Source: an uncultured Candidatus Binatia bacterium (GTDB lineage Bacteria; Desulfobacterota; Binatia; HRBIN30). Taken from it: a stretch of 64,000 bases of DNA. The stretch covers positions 9,247-73,246 of the forward strand of contig CAZCGA010000010.1 of NCBI GenBank assembly GCA_964498075.1, given 5' to 3'. Shown here one piece after another: positions 55,553-63,996 of this stretch (positions are counted from its first letter, which is position 1; each line of letters begins with the position of its first letter). Both the position numbers and the translations under genes were made by a program. The notes under the pieces were generated by a model, which searched no databases, was not told the DNA's origin, and worked only from the letters and a program-made list of their open reading frames with translations.

Positions 55553-56481
55553 ACCCCTTGGTGCTATCCGGCTTGAACGGAGGCGAGCCACTTGGTTTCC
55601 TTGCGGCACTAGGCACTCTTCGCCTCCTGGGTTCGAAGCGACCCGAACTCAAGCTGTCGTGGTGTTGGGAAGGCACATGGCAACCAGCCCTCACCGCCGG
55701 CTGTCTCTTAGACAAGAAAGGCGTCGCCACCGATCTCGTCGAAGCAATGCAGCAGACCCGGCGGCTGCATCTGACATTGGGTCCGACCATAAAGGTCGAC
55801 CCGGCGGCGTTCCGCGAGTTTGCCATGTGGGCCCAGGCGTGGGCGATAGCGCGCACCGATCGCGAATGGGCTGACTATTGTGTTGCCTTCGGCTCTGAGT
55901 GCGCAACTGCTCGCTCGACCGGTGACGTGAAGCCGACGGCGCTCGACATGACTTCCGGCCAACAAAATTTCCTTGAGAAAGCGGGCCGGCTGACGGCAGA
56001 ATTTGGCGGTATGGCAGCGAGCCAGGAGACCCGGCCCCCTATTGAGAAGATCGAGGAGACGCTCTTTGGTCCGTGGCAGTACAGAGACGTTCAGCACAGT
56101 CTCGGGTGGGACGCGGGCGCCGAGCGTCTATATGCACTCCGTGCGCGCGATCCATCCCCCGAAAAGATGTGCACGGTTTCCGGAGCTGTCCGTCTGGCGT
56201 TTGAAGCATTGCCGTTGTTCCCAACTGCGCCGATAGGGAAACGACTTGAGACACGTGGATTTGCAAGAGTGAACGGCGCGACGTTCTTTACGTGGCCGCT
56301 CTGGACCACTCCCATCGGCCTCGCGACAGTTGCCTCCGTTCTCGCGCTCCCTGAACTCACGCTGCCCCAGCCAAGTACGTCGCTTCGAGCGCGTGGCATA
56401 GCCTGCGTCTGTCGTGCCCGGCGAGGCGAGCTAGGCTCAAAAGGGTACGCGATATTTCGCGCCACAGAGGTTTGCTGGTAG
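55549..56481 (+). CDS. Small Cas8u2/Cas8g2 (Csb3-like) candidate, type I-G accessory/large-subunit protein
   Basis: The ATG overlaps the cas3 stop (ATGA). It is 310 aa (MNPLVLSGLNGGEPLGFLAALGTLRLL...). Its position directly after cas3 matches GSU0052-type genes. The assignment rests on context and weak recall only. Confidence 0.45.
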   Translation: MNPLVLSGLNGGEPLGFLAALGTLRLLGSKRPELKLSWCWEGTWQPALTAGCLLDKKGVATDLVEAMQQTRRLHLTLGPTIKVDPAAFREFAMWAQAWAIARTDREWADYCVAFGSECATARSTGDVKPTALDMTSGQQNFLEKAGRLTAEFGGMAASQETRPPIEKIEETLFGPWQYRDVQHSLGWDAGAERLYALRARDPSPEKMCTVSGAVRLAFEALPLFPTAPIGKRLETRGFARVNGATFFTWPLWTTPIGLATVASVLALPELTLPQPSTSLRARGIACVCRARRGELGSKGYAIFRATEVCW

Positions 56482-56514
56482 GTGCCATGTACCCGGCGGC
56501 AACTCCGGCATCAT

Positions 56515-56616
56515 CGGCCACTCCGCCCACTTCGGCCTCGGGCAGTTCAGACCGATTGACGATTGAACCATTGGGTCATTGCCGATTGAGCCATTGAGTG
56601 AGCATGAATGATCGCA
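56515..56616 (+). repeat. Composite junction repeat, copy a (conserved core + ~7-8-nt stutter)
   Basis: The core is CGGCCACTCCGCCCACTTCGGCCTCGGGCAGTTCAGACC (56515-56553). It is followed by GATTGAC GATTGAA CCATTGG GTCATTG CCGATTG AGCCATT GAG.... Confidence 0.75.
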
Positions 56617-56627
56617 GGGCGTGAACG

Positions 56628-56957
56628 GTGCCCATCGTAACCGCGAGAGCAATTCGATCGCTCGCCCGCGCCGGGCGCTACGCCTTGTCACTGCACGCTG
56701 AGCGTGAGCGCCAAGCCGATCGCATCACCATGGCTGAGCTCGAAACCGCGCTGTCGGCGGCCGAGATCATCGAGCGCTATCCGGACGATCCCCGTGGGCC
56801 GAGCTGCCTTGTGCTCGGTTACGCTGGGCGACGGCCGCTCCATGCTGTGTGCGCCGTGAAAGACCAGCCGCGTGAAATCCTGCTGATCACCGTGTATGAT
56901 CCGCGCCGGCAGCCGGAGCGATGGTCGGTGGACTTCCGCGCGAGGAGAAAGACATGA
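56628..56957 (+). CDS. DUF4258-family putative toxin
   Basis: GTG start. Sequence is ARAIRSLARAGRYALSLHAERERQADRITMAELETALSAAEIIERYPDDPRGPSCLVLGYAGRRPLHAVCAV...ILLITVYDP. Confidence 0.65.
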   Translation: MPIVTARAIRSLARAGRYALSLHAERERQADRITMAELETALSAAEIIERYPDDPRGPSCLVLGYAGRRPLHAVCAVKDQPREILLITVYDPRRQPERWSVDFRARRKT

Positions 56958-57202
56958 AGCGTCGCTACAACCGATGCCACTTCTGCGGCGGCCGCGTGAC
57001 CGAACGCGCGGTGGTCGTGGACTATCGCTGGGGCGACGACCTGCTCGCCATCATCGAGAACGTCCCCGCCGGCGTGTGCGAAGTCTGCGGCGAACGCTAC
57101 TTCAAAGCCGGCGTCGTGAAGGCGCTGGAACGTACCGCGCACGCCCGCACCAGGGCCCGCAACACCGTGACCGTTCCGGTGCGTCAGCTGAAAGTTGCGT
57201 GA
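56954..57202 (+). CDS. YgiT/MqsA-type zinc-ribbon antitoxin-like protein
   Basis: ATGA overlap with the upstream gene. Sequence is CHFCGGRVTERAVVVDYRWGDDLLAIIENVPAGVCEVCGERYF, with two CxxC pairs. Confidence 0.65.
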   Translation: MKRRYNRCHFCGGRVTERAVVVDYRWGDDLLAIIENVPAGVCEVCGERYFKAGVVKALERTAHARTRARNTVTVPVRQLKVA

Positions 57203-57222
57203 CTTCTTTGATCGCTCGCTCT

Positions 57223-57327
57223 CGGCCACTCCGCACTCGGGCAGTTCAGACCGGCAGACGATGAGCGATGAGAGATGAACGATTAAGGATGAGGGATGAG
57301 GGCGAACGATCGGGGATCAATGACGAC
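57223..57327 (+). repeat. Composite junction repeat, copy b
   Basis: The core is CGGCCACTCCGCACTCGGGCAGTTCAGACC, the same as copy a with a 9-nt internal deletion. It is followed by GATGAGC GATGAGA GATGAAC GATTAAG GATGAGG GATGAGG .... Confidence 0.75.
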
Positions 57328-57420
57328 GGACTCGGCAAAGCTCAGTGCCTTGCGACGGCGGAGATGCAGACTCTGGGACAATGGGCGTTGCTAGAACACC
57401 AATATTGGTGTAGCTCGTAG

Positions 57421-57774
57421 ATGGACTTCGCGATCGAGTTCTATGAGACGGCCAAGGGTGACAAGCCCGTCGAAGAGTTCCTCGATGCCCTCAAGGCGTC
57501 TGACCCGGACGTCCACGCGCGTGTGCTCGCCGGTCTGGCCCGGCTGCGCGAGCGCCGCAATCACCGCGAGCCGCTCTGCAAGGCCATCGGTCAGGGGCTT
57601 CTCGAATTGCGCGTCATCAGCCGTCTCAATGCCCGCGTGCTGTGGTTCTTCCAACGTGGCCAGCGCATCATCGTGGTGCACGGTGTGCGCCACAAGGGTC
57701 AGAAGCTGCCACCGGAAGCCCTGCGCATTGCGTTGGCGCGCAAAACCGACTGGGAACGGAGACAGGGTCGATGA
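57421..57774 (+). CDS. higB: RelE/HigB-type toxin (Gp49/DUF891-like)
   Basis: Sequence is IEFYETAKGDKPVEEFLDAL........GLLELRVISRLNARVLWFFQRGQRIIVVHGVRHKGQKLP. Confidence 0.7.
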   Translation: MDFAIEFYETAKGDKPVEEFLDALKASDPDVHARVLAGLARLRERRNHREPLCKAIGQGLLELRVISRLNARVLWFFQRGQRIIVVHGVRHKGQKLPPEALRIALARKTDWERRQGR

Positions 57775-58118
57775 AGAAGCCGACAAACTTTGATCGTTAC
57801 CTCGATCGCCAGCTGCACGACCCGGCGTTCGCCCGCCGCTATCGGCAGGCCGAGGAGGAGTGGAACGTGGCGCTCCAGCTGGCGGCGTTGCGCCAGGCGC
57901 GCAGTCTCACGCAGCGCGATGTGGCGCGCTTGGTGGGCACGACACAGCAGCAGATCAGCCGAATGGAGTCAGCCGAGTATCAGGGCCATTCACTCTCCAT
58001 GCTGCGGAAGGTGGTTGCCGCCCTCGGCGGCTCCGTCCGTCTGCGCATCGAACCTACGCGCGGCGCGCTCCATCCGTCACCCGCACCGACGCCCCGACGC
58101 GCGCGTCGTGCTGCCTGA
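57771..58118 (+). CDS. higA: XRE-HTH antitoxin (HigA-like)
   Basis: ATGA overlap with higB. Sequence is LRQARSLTQRDVARLVGTTQQQISRMESAEYQGHSLSMLRKVVAALGGSV. Confidence 0.7.
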   Translation: MKKPTNFDRYLDRQLHDPAFARRYRQAEEEWNVALQLAALRQARSLTQRDVARLVGTTQQQISRMESAEYQGHSLSMLRKVVAALGGSVRLRIEPTRGALHPSPAPTPRRARRAA

Positions 58119-58126
58119 CTCGCCCT

Positions 58127-58271
58127 CGGGCACTCCTGCCACTTCGGCCTCGGGCAGTTCGGCTGACTGGGAGGATGAGCGATGAACGATGAAGGATGAA
58201 CGATCAACACGCGACGATTCCGTGGGCAACCCTCATCCCTCATCGCTCATCTTTCATCGCTCCGTTCTTCA
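58127..58271 (+). repeat. Composite junction repeat, copy c (core + 14 in-register heptamers forming inverted arms)
   Basis: The core is GCACTCCTGCCACTTCGGCCTCGGGCAGTTC (58130-58160). The stutter is GATGAGC GATGAAC GATGAAG GATGAAC GATCAAC ACGCGAC GATTCCG TGGGCAA CCCTCAT CCCTCAT CGCTCAT CTTTCAT CGCTCCG TTCTTCA (58174-58271). Confidence 0.8.
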
Positions 58272-58425
58272 CCCGCCCACTTCGGCCTCGGGCAGCTCAA
58301 ACCACTGGGAGGATGAGGGATGAACCATCAAGGGATGAGGGATGAGCGGCAAGCGGCCCGCGATCAAGAATGAGGGATGACGGATGAACGTCCCGCATCG
58401 TTCATTGCCCATCTTCATCGCCTCG
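58272..58425 (+). repeat. Composite junction repeat, copy d
   Basis: The core is CGCCCACTTCGGCCTCGGGCAGCTCAAACC (58274-58303). The stutter is GATGAGG GATGAAC CATCAAG GGATGAG GGATGAG ... GAATGAG GGATGAC GGATGAA CGTCCCG CATCGTT CATTGCC CATCTTC. Confidence 0.8.
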
Positions 58426-58483
58426 TCGCGCTTGCGAGCGCCTGCCGACTGAGGTAGTGACTGTCACTACATCGGAGGTCTCG

Positions 58484-58762
58484 ATGCAACTCGGGCTGCG
58501 TGAAGCCAACCAGCATTTCTCCAAAGCCATCAAGGCGGTGAAGGCGGGCCAAGAGGTCATCCTCACCGAACGCGGCAAGCCGATCGCGGTGATCAAGCCC
58601 CTGCCGGCGGCCGACGACCTCGACGCGAAACTGGATCGCCTCGCGGCCGCAGGCGTGCTCCAACGTGCCACCAAACGCGGGCCGATGCCTCCATTCAAAC
58701 CGCGGCGGATCAAAGGGCCCCCGCTGTCGCAGACGATCAGCGAAGAACGCGATGAGCGGTGA
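58484..58762 (+). CDS. Phd/YefM-family antitoxin
   Basis: GGAGG lies 5 nt before ATG 58484. Sequence is MQLGLREANQHFSKAIKAVKAGQEVILTERGKPIAVIKP. Confidence 0.7.
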   Translation: MQLGLREANQHFSKAIKAVKAGQEVILTERGKPIAVIKPLPAADDLDAKLDRLAAAGVLQRATKRGPMPPFKPRRIKGPPLSQTISEERDER

Positions 58763-59198
58763 CCCCCGCCCCCCGGCCTACTTCGACAGCAGCGCGCTGG
58801 TCAAACGCTACGTCGCTGAGCCCGGCTCCGCGGCCGCTCGTGGATTCCTCATGGAGTATCGCGTCTTCTCCTCACGACTGGCGCCTCTCGAAATCACTGC
58901 GGCGGTTCGCCGGCGCCACCACGAGCGGCGCATATCGAGGGTCCAGTTTGCGGACATCCTTCAAGCCGTGCGCGACGATCAGTTGTATTGGGAGCTCGCC
59001 GATCTCGACCGAGGGATTCTCCGCTATGCCGAGGAACTGCTCCGATCGGCGAGCGTCCGCACGCTCGACGCCCTCCACGTCGGCTCGGCCTCTTCAACCC
59101 AAACGGCACTGGGCGTGGATCTTCCATTCGTGACTGCCGACGCGCGCCAGCGCGATGTTGCGCGGCAGGTAGGGCTGAAGGTGACGTGGGTCGAGTAA
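58752..59198 (+). CDS. vapC: PIN-domain toxin VapC
   Basis: It overlaps the antitoxin by 11 nt. Sequence is AYFDSSALVKRYVAEPGS...LDALHVGSA...FVTADARQ, showing the acidic PIN residues. Confidence 0.75.
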   Translation: MSGDPRPPAYFDSSALVKRYVAEPGSAAARGFLMEYRVFSSRLAPLEITAAVRRRHHERRISRVQFADILQAVRDDQLYWELADLDRGILRYAEELLRSASVRTLDALHVGSASSTQTALGVDLPFVTADARQRDVARQVGLKVTWVE

Positions 59199-59201
59199 GC
59201 C

Positions 59202-59507
59202 ATGCCCCGCAACACTTACCTCGTCTGCTACGACATCTCCGACGACAAACGCCTGAGGACGGTCTACAAGAACATGCGCGACTTCGGCGATCACCTGCAG
59301 TACTCGATCTTCGAGTGCCAGTTCACACCGACCGATCTGGTGCGCTGCCGCCACGTGCTCAGCGAGATCATCGATCATCGCGAGGATCAGGTCCTGTTCG
59401 TCGACCTCGGCCCCGTCGAGGGCCGCGGCGATCGCGTCATCACCGCGCTGGGACGCGCCTACTCGGTAATCGATAGCCCGTGCATCGTCGTGGATGGCGA
59501 ATCGTGA
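59202..59507 (+). CDS. cas2: CRISPR-associated endoribonuclease Cas2
   Basis: Sequence is MPRNTYLVCYDISDDKRLRTVYKNMRDFGDHLQYSIFEC...VLFVDLGP. Confidence 0.85.
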   Translation: MPRNTYLVCYDISDDKRLRTVYKNMRDFGDHLQYSIFECQFTPTDLVRCRHVLSEIIDHREDQVLFVDLGPVEGRGDRVITALGRAYSVIDSPCIVVDGES

Positions 59508-59618
59508 GTCGGGCTCGTGAATCGTGCGTGGGAGAATAGGCCCTGGTGGGACGGGCGTCGAGCCTGTCCCCGCTAGAGACGGCAGGCGAGGACGCCTGCC
59601 CCACTTGGGGAGGGAGTC

Positions 59619-61442
59619 ATGGCTGCTGATCCTCGACCGAACGCAAGCGGAATGCCCGAACGCGCGACGGCGCATCGGGCGCGGCGGCGCACCGTCGAGC
59701 TACCCGAGTACCTGCCGGCACGCATGCTCAACGAGTTCGTCTATTGCCCGCGCCTCTTCTTCTACGAATGGGTCGAAGGCGTCTTCGCGCACAGCGCCGA
59801 CACGGTCGAAGGAGCGCTGCGTCACGAAAAGCTGGAGACCAAGGCCGACCCGTTGCCACCCGCCAATGCGACGGCCGACGCGGCGATCCGCTCGCGCTCC
59901 GTCGAGCTGGCGAGCGACACGCACAAGCTGATCGCCAAGATCGATCTGGTGGAAGGTGAGGGCGGCGTGGTCAGCCCGGTCGACTACAAGCGCGGCGCGC
60001 CACGCGACGGCGACGACGGGCCCGAAGCCTGGCCGGCGGACCGCGCCCAGGTGTGCGCGCAGGCGCTGGTGCTGCGTGACAACGGCTACACGTGCAACGA
60101 AGCCGTCGTCTACTACAACGCTACGAAGCAACGCGTCCGCGTGCCCATCGACGACGCCCTCGTCGCCGAGACTCTGCAGGCCGTCGCCGCCGCACGGGCA
60201 CTCGCTGCGGCAGGCCGCATCCCGCCGCCGCTGATCGATAGCCCGAAGTGTCCGCGCTGCTCGCTGGTCACGATCTGTCTTCCCGACGAAACCGCGGCGT
60301 CGATGTCGTTGCCGGTCGAGGCGGTCGCGCAGCAGCTGTCGTTGTTCGCGCCGGCGGACGTGGTGGAGACGCGGCCGCTGGAGTCGAACCAACCGGCCGC
60401 CGATGCGGTGCGCCGGCTGGTCCCGGCGCGCGACGATTTGCGGCCGCTCTACGTCACCGGCAACGGTCTATCGGTGGGCAAGTCCGGCGAGGTCCTACAG
60501 GTCCGCGATCGGCAGAAGCTGGTGCAGGAGGCGCGCATCGGCGAGATCTCGCAGGTCAATCTCTTCGGCAACGTCGGGCTCACGGCGCCGGCGTTGCAGG
60601 GCCTGTGCTGGGCGGAGAAGCCCGTCGCGCACTTCTCGTACGGCGGCTGGTTCTACGGGCTGACGCAGGGGCTGGGATTGAAGAACGTCTTCCTGCGGCG
60701 CGACCAGTTCCGCCGCGCCGAGGAGTCGGGCTTCTGCCTGCAGGTGGCGCGGGACATCGTGGCGTCCAAGATCCGCAATCAGCGTACGTTGCTGCAGCGC
60801 AACCACGTCGAGCCGCCGGCGCCGGTGCTGCAACGCCTGCGGCGGTTGGCGCAGCAGGCCGGCGCGGCGACGGAGATGGACGAGCTGCTGGGCATCGAGG
60901 GCAGCGCGGCGCGGCTGTACTTCGAGCACTTCGGCGGCATGATCAAGGTGGAGGACGACAGCGAGCGGCCCGCCTTCGACTTCGCCCACCGCAACCGCCG
61001 GCCGCCGCGGGATCCGGTCAACGCGTTGTTGTCGTTTGCCTACAGCCTGCTGACCAAGGACCTGACGATCGTCTGCCACAGCATCGGCTTCGATCCGTTC
61101 ATCGGCTTCTATCATCAGCCGCGCTTCGGGCGGCCGGCCCTGGCGCTCGACCTGATGGAAGGCTTCCGCCCGCTGGTGGCCGACTCGGCGGTGCTTAGCG
61201 CGGTGAACACGCGGATGGTGAGCGCCGGCGATTTCATCTCCGTCGGCGGCGCCGTGGCGCTGACGCCCGCCGGCCGCAAGGGCTTCATCCGCGCCTACGA
61301 GCAGCGCATCGATACGCTGGTGACCCATCCGCTGTTCGGTTATCGTGTCAGCTACCGTCGAGTCTTGGAGATCCAAGCCCGCTTGCTGGCGCGGCTCGTG
61401 AGCGGTGAGCTGTTGCGCTATCCAGGGTTCGAGACGCGATAG
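59619..61442 (+). CDS. cas4-cas1: Cas4-Cas1 fusion protein
   Basis: The Cas4 part has FVYCPRLFFYEW, DLVE...VDYKRG and CPRCSLVTIC. The Cas1 part has EGSAARLYFEHF, RRPPRDPVNALLSFAYSLL and GFYHQPRFGRPALALDLMEGFRPLVAD. Confidence 0.9.
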   Translation: MAADPRPNASGMPERATAHRARRRTVELPEYLPARMLNEFVYCPRLFFYEWVEGVFAHSADTVEGALRHEKLETKADPLPPANATADAAIRSRSVELASDTHKLIAKIDLVEGEGGVVSPVDYKRGAPRDGDDGPEAWPADRAQVCAQALVLRDNGYTCNEAVVYYNATKQRVRVPIDDALVAETLQAVAAARALAAAGRIPPPLIDSPKCPRCSLVTICLPDETAASMSLPVEAVAQQLSLFAPADVVETRPLESNQPAADAVRRLVPARDDLRPLYVTGNGLSVGKSGEVLQVRDRQKLVQEARIGEISQVNLFGNVGLTAPALQGLCWAEKPVAHFSYGGWFYGLTQGLGLKNVFLRRDQFRRAEESGFCLQVARDIVASKIRNQRTLLQRNHVEPPAPVLQRLRRLAQQAGAATEMDELLGIEGSAARLYFEHFGGMIKVEDDSERPAFDFAHRNRRPPRDPVNALLSFAYSLLTKDLTIVCHSIGFDPFIGFYHQPRFGRPALALDLMEGFRPLVADSAVLSAVNTRMVSAGDFISVGGAVALTPAGRKGFIRAYEQRIDTLVTHPLFGYRVSYRRVLEIQARLLARLVSGELLRYPGFETR

Positions 61443-61675
61443 TTTGGGTGAAGGCTTGTTCGTGAATCGTGAATCAAAGGCGCCGGGCGCCGCTCGACAC
61501 GCGAGCGGCGCGGTGACGGCGAAACCACGGACACCGCTCGCGGCGGGAAAGGGCAACCGGGCCGGGCGCTTGCCGCCGTCTCGCGATCGCGATAGGGCGA
61601 TGGCCAGCGCTGCGACGATGATCGCTCGCAAACGTCCCTGCGGATCTTTGAAAACTCGGTGGTTGGAACGGTAGA
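61443..61675 (+). promoter_or_regulatory. CRISPR leader
   Basis: This is the 233-nt non-coding stretch between the cas4-cas1 stop and the first repeat. It starts with CGTGAAT CGTGAAT heptamers. The last ~35 nt are locally AT-richer (GGATCTTTGAAAACTCGGTGGTTGGAACGGTAGA). Confidence 0.6.
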
Positions 61676-63996
61676 CTCTCCGCGACCAATTGGTCGCGGC
61701 CCCATTGAAGCCCGGATACCCCGACAGTCACGCCGACGCCGACGGTGACACCTCTCCGCGACCAATTGGTCGCGGCCCCATTGAAGCCAGCAATCACCAT
61801 GTCTGGCTCAGTAGCCAGGGATATCTACTCTCCGCGACCAATTGGTCGCGGCCCCATTGAAGCCACCAACGAAGCTACCCGCCGTGGTCAGATTCGACAT
61901 GGCTCTCCGCGACCAATTGGTCGCGGCCCCATTGAAGCGTGAGGCGAATAGCGAGACCACACTGGGGTTCCTGCTGCTCTCCGCGACCAATTGGTCGCGG
62001 CCCCATTGAAGCTTGACCATTCGCATTGCGCCGAGCTTCGGCTCCGCGGCCTCTCCGCGACCAATTGGTCGCGGCCCCATTGAAGCGCATCATCAAGCAG
62101 CCCTATCGCCTCGGCCTGCTCCAGCTCTCCGCGACCAATTGGTCGCGGCCCCATTGAAGCGGCTCCGCGGCCGACGTGGCCAGCTCACGGATACACTCTC
62201 CGCGACCAATTGGTCGCGGCCCCATTGAAGCGCTTCTCCATCCAACACCTCCCTCGACTCAATGCTCCTCTCCGCGACCAATTGGTCGCGGCCCCATTGA
62301 AGCGTGCGGTGCCGTTCGCCGGGCAGGCCGCCCGTGCGTCACTCTCCGCGACCAATTGGTCGCGGCCCCATTGAAGCACTCTTCAGCGGCTGCGGTGGGA
62401 TTGACCTTGCGCTGGCTCTCCGCGACCAATTGGTCGCGGCCCCATTGAAGCGAGATTGCGCGAGATCGATCCTTCGTCGAAGATGACCCGCCTCTCCGCG
62501 ACCAATTGGTCGCGGCCCCATTGAAGCACCAATGAAATATGAGTCGTTGTCGGGAGCGCTTAGCTCTCCGCGACCAATTGGTCGCGGCCCCATTGAAGCC
62601 GACGGCAAGCTGAGGAAGGCACATCGAGTGTCGTGCTCTCCGCGACCAATTGGTCGCGGCCCCATTGAAGCGACGACTGGCGCGCAGACTGCCCGGCCGC
62701 GTGGCGACGACTCTCCGCGACCAATTGGTCGCGGCCCCATTGAAGCCACTCAGAATGACGATAATATCTGTACTATCTCGCGACTCTCCGCGACCAATTG
62801 GTCGCGGCCCCATTGAAGCACCATTCACTGGTCTCTGCATCCGCAGCGGGATCAGCTCTCCGCGACCAATTGGTCGCGGCCCCATTGAAGCCACTCTCCG
62901 GGCTCGACCCTCCGGCCCGAAGACGCCTCTCCGCGACCAATTGGTCGCGGCCCCATTGAAGCAGCAACACAGCCGCTGGCCAGATGCTCCCGACACATGG
63001 CTCTCCGCGACCAATTGGTCGCGGCCCCATTGAAGCCCCCTCAACCACCACAACGGTCTCACCGATATCGTCGACTCTCCGCGACCAATTGGTCGCGGCC
63101 CCATTGAAGCCGCGGCGACTACATCGAGCAGTCCGCGGCTAAAGGCTCTCCGCGACCAATTGGTCGCGGCCCCATTGAAGCCTGCATCGTGCTGCGCAGG
63201 CGGTCGACGTTGTGCGAAGTCCTCTCCGCGACCAATTGGTCGCGGCCCCATTGAAGCGACAAATGGTGCGGCAACCATAACAAGTACATGCTTGCCTCTC
63301 CGCGACCAATTGGTCGCGGCCCCATTGAAGCGAGCTCGGAAGCCGCGTCCTGCGCGAACTTATCCAGCTCCTCTCCGCGACCAATTGGTCGCGGCCCCAT
63401 TGAAGCGTGATTACTGATGCGAATGGCAATCCGAACACTGGCACCTCTCCGCGACCAATTGGTCGCGGCCCCATTGAAGCCCACACTTCTGGGGGACGTG
63501 TAAAGCCCGATGGGACGCCTCTCCGCGACCAATTGGTCGCGGCCCCATTGAAGCCGCGAAACGCCAGCCCTGCTCCCCCTGCACCACTGCGCCTCTCCGC
63601 GACCAATTGGTCGCGGCCCCATTGAAGCAGGTGCGCCAGGAGGTGCGGAACCGTGCTCAATGCGTAGCTCTCCGCGACCAATTGGTCGCGGCCCCATTGA
63701 AGCCCGACGCGCGGCCGTGCACCAAGGTAGGTCAACTCGCCTCTCCGCGACCAATTGGTCGCGGCCCCATTGAAGCGCGCACCCCCGGCACGGAATCACG
63801 GCGGAGTACTGCGTCTCTCCGCGACCAATTGGTCGCGGCCCCATTGAAGCGACGTGCTCGGTGCCGCCTACGATGCACGGATCAAGACTCTCCGCGACCA
63901 ATTGGTCGCGGCCCCATTGAAGCCTGCGGGGCCTCGTGCAGCGCAACGGGCATCATGGGTCTCTCCGCGACCAATTGGTCGCGGCCCCATTGAAGC
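61676..63996 (+). CRISPR. CRISPR array, 32 repeats in window (continues past base 64000)
   Basis: The repeat is CTCTCCGCGACCAATTGGTCGCGGCCCCATTGAAGC (36 bp) and contains the palindrome GCGACCAATTGGTCGC. All 32 copies look identical. Spacers are unique and 35-40 bp. The repeat ends in ATTGAAGC, so + is the transcribed sense and the leader is on the cas side. Confidence 0.97.

Noticed and set aside
56515-58425. Interpretation of the TA-junction repeats as integron attC sites.
   Set aside because: There is no integron integrase (intI) or attI in the window, and I see no R''/R' GTTRRRY-type core pairs. The inverted arms are built from heptamer stutter and not from the conserved attC bulged-hairpin layout. 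I kept them as an unexplained cassette-boundary repeat.
720-61440. tRNA/rRNA/tmRNA-like signatures (for example GGTTCGAG-type T-loop strings at ~765 and ~61428).
   Set aside because: Each occurrence lies inside a well-supported CDS and lacks the surrounding cloverleaf complementarity. No RNA gene could be supported.
61712-61751. Spacer 1 (CCGGATACCCCGACAGTCACGCCGACGCCGACGGTGACAC) looked like a self-targeting match to the Thr/Pro-repeat genes in this window.
   Set aside because: Manual comparison found only 11-14-nt identities of the generic ACGCCGACGG type (for example near 2670, 24370 and 24440). No full-length protospacer was found. The resemblance reflects the same codon-repeat composition, possibly from a similar gene in a mobile element. 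It needs a real search.
61745-63993. Numerous ORFs across the CRISPR array (for example 62259..63278 -, 63119..63946 -, 62650..63033 +).
   Set aside because: They consist of the same peptide words repeated every ~74 nt (MGPRPIGRGE, FNGAATNWSRR, LRDQLVAAPLK). These words are translations of the 36-bp repeat in different frames, so the ORFs are artefacts of the array.
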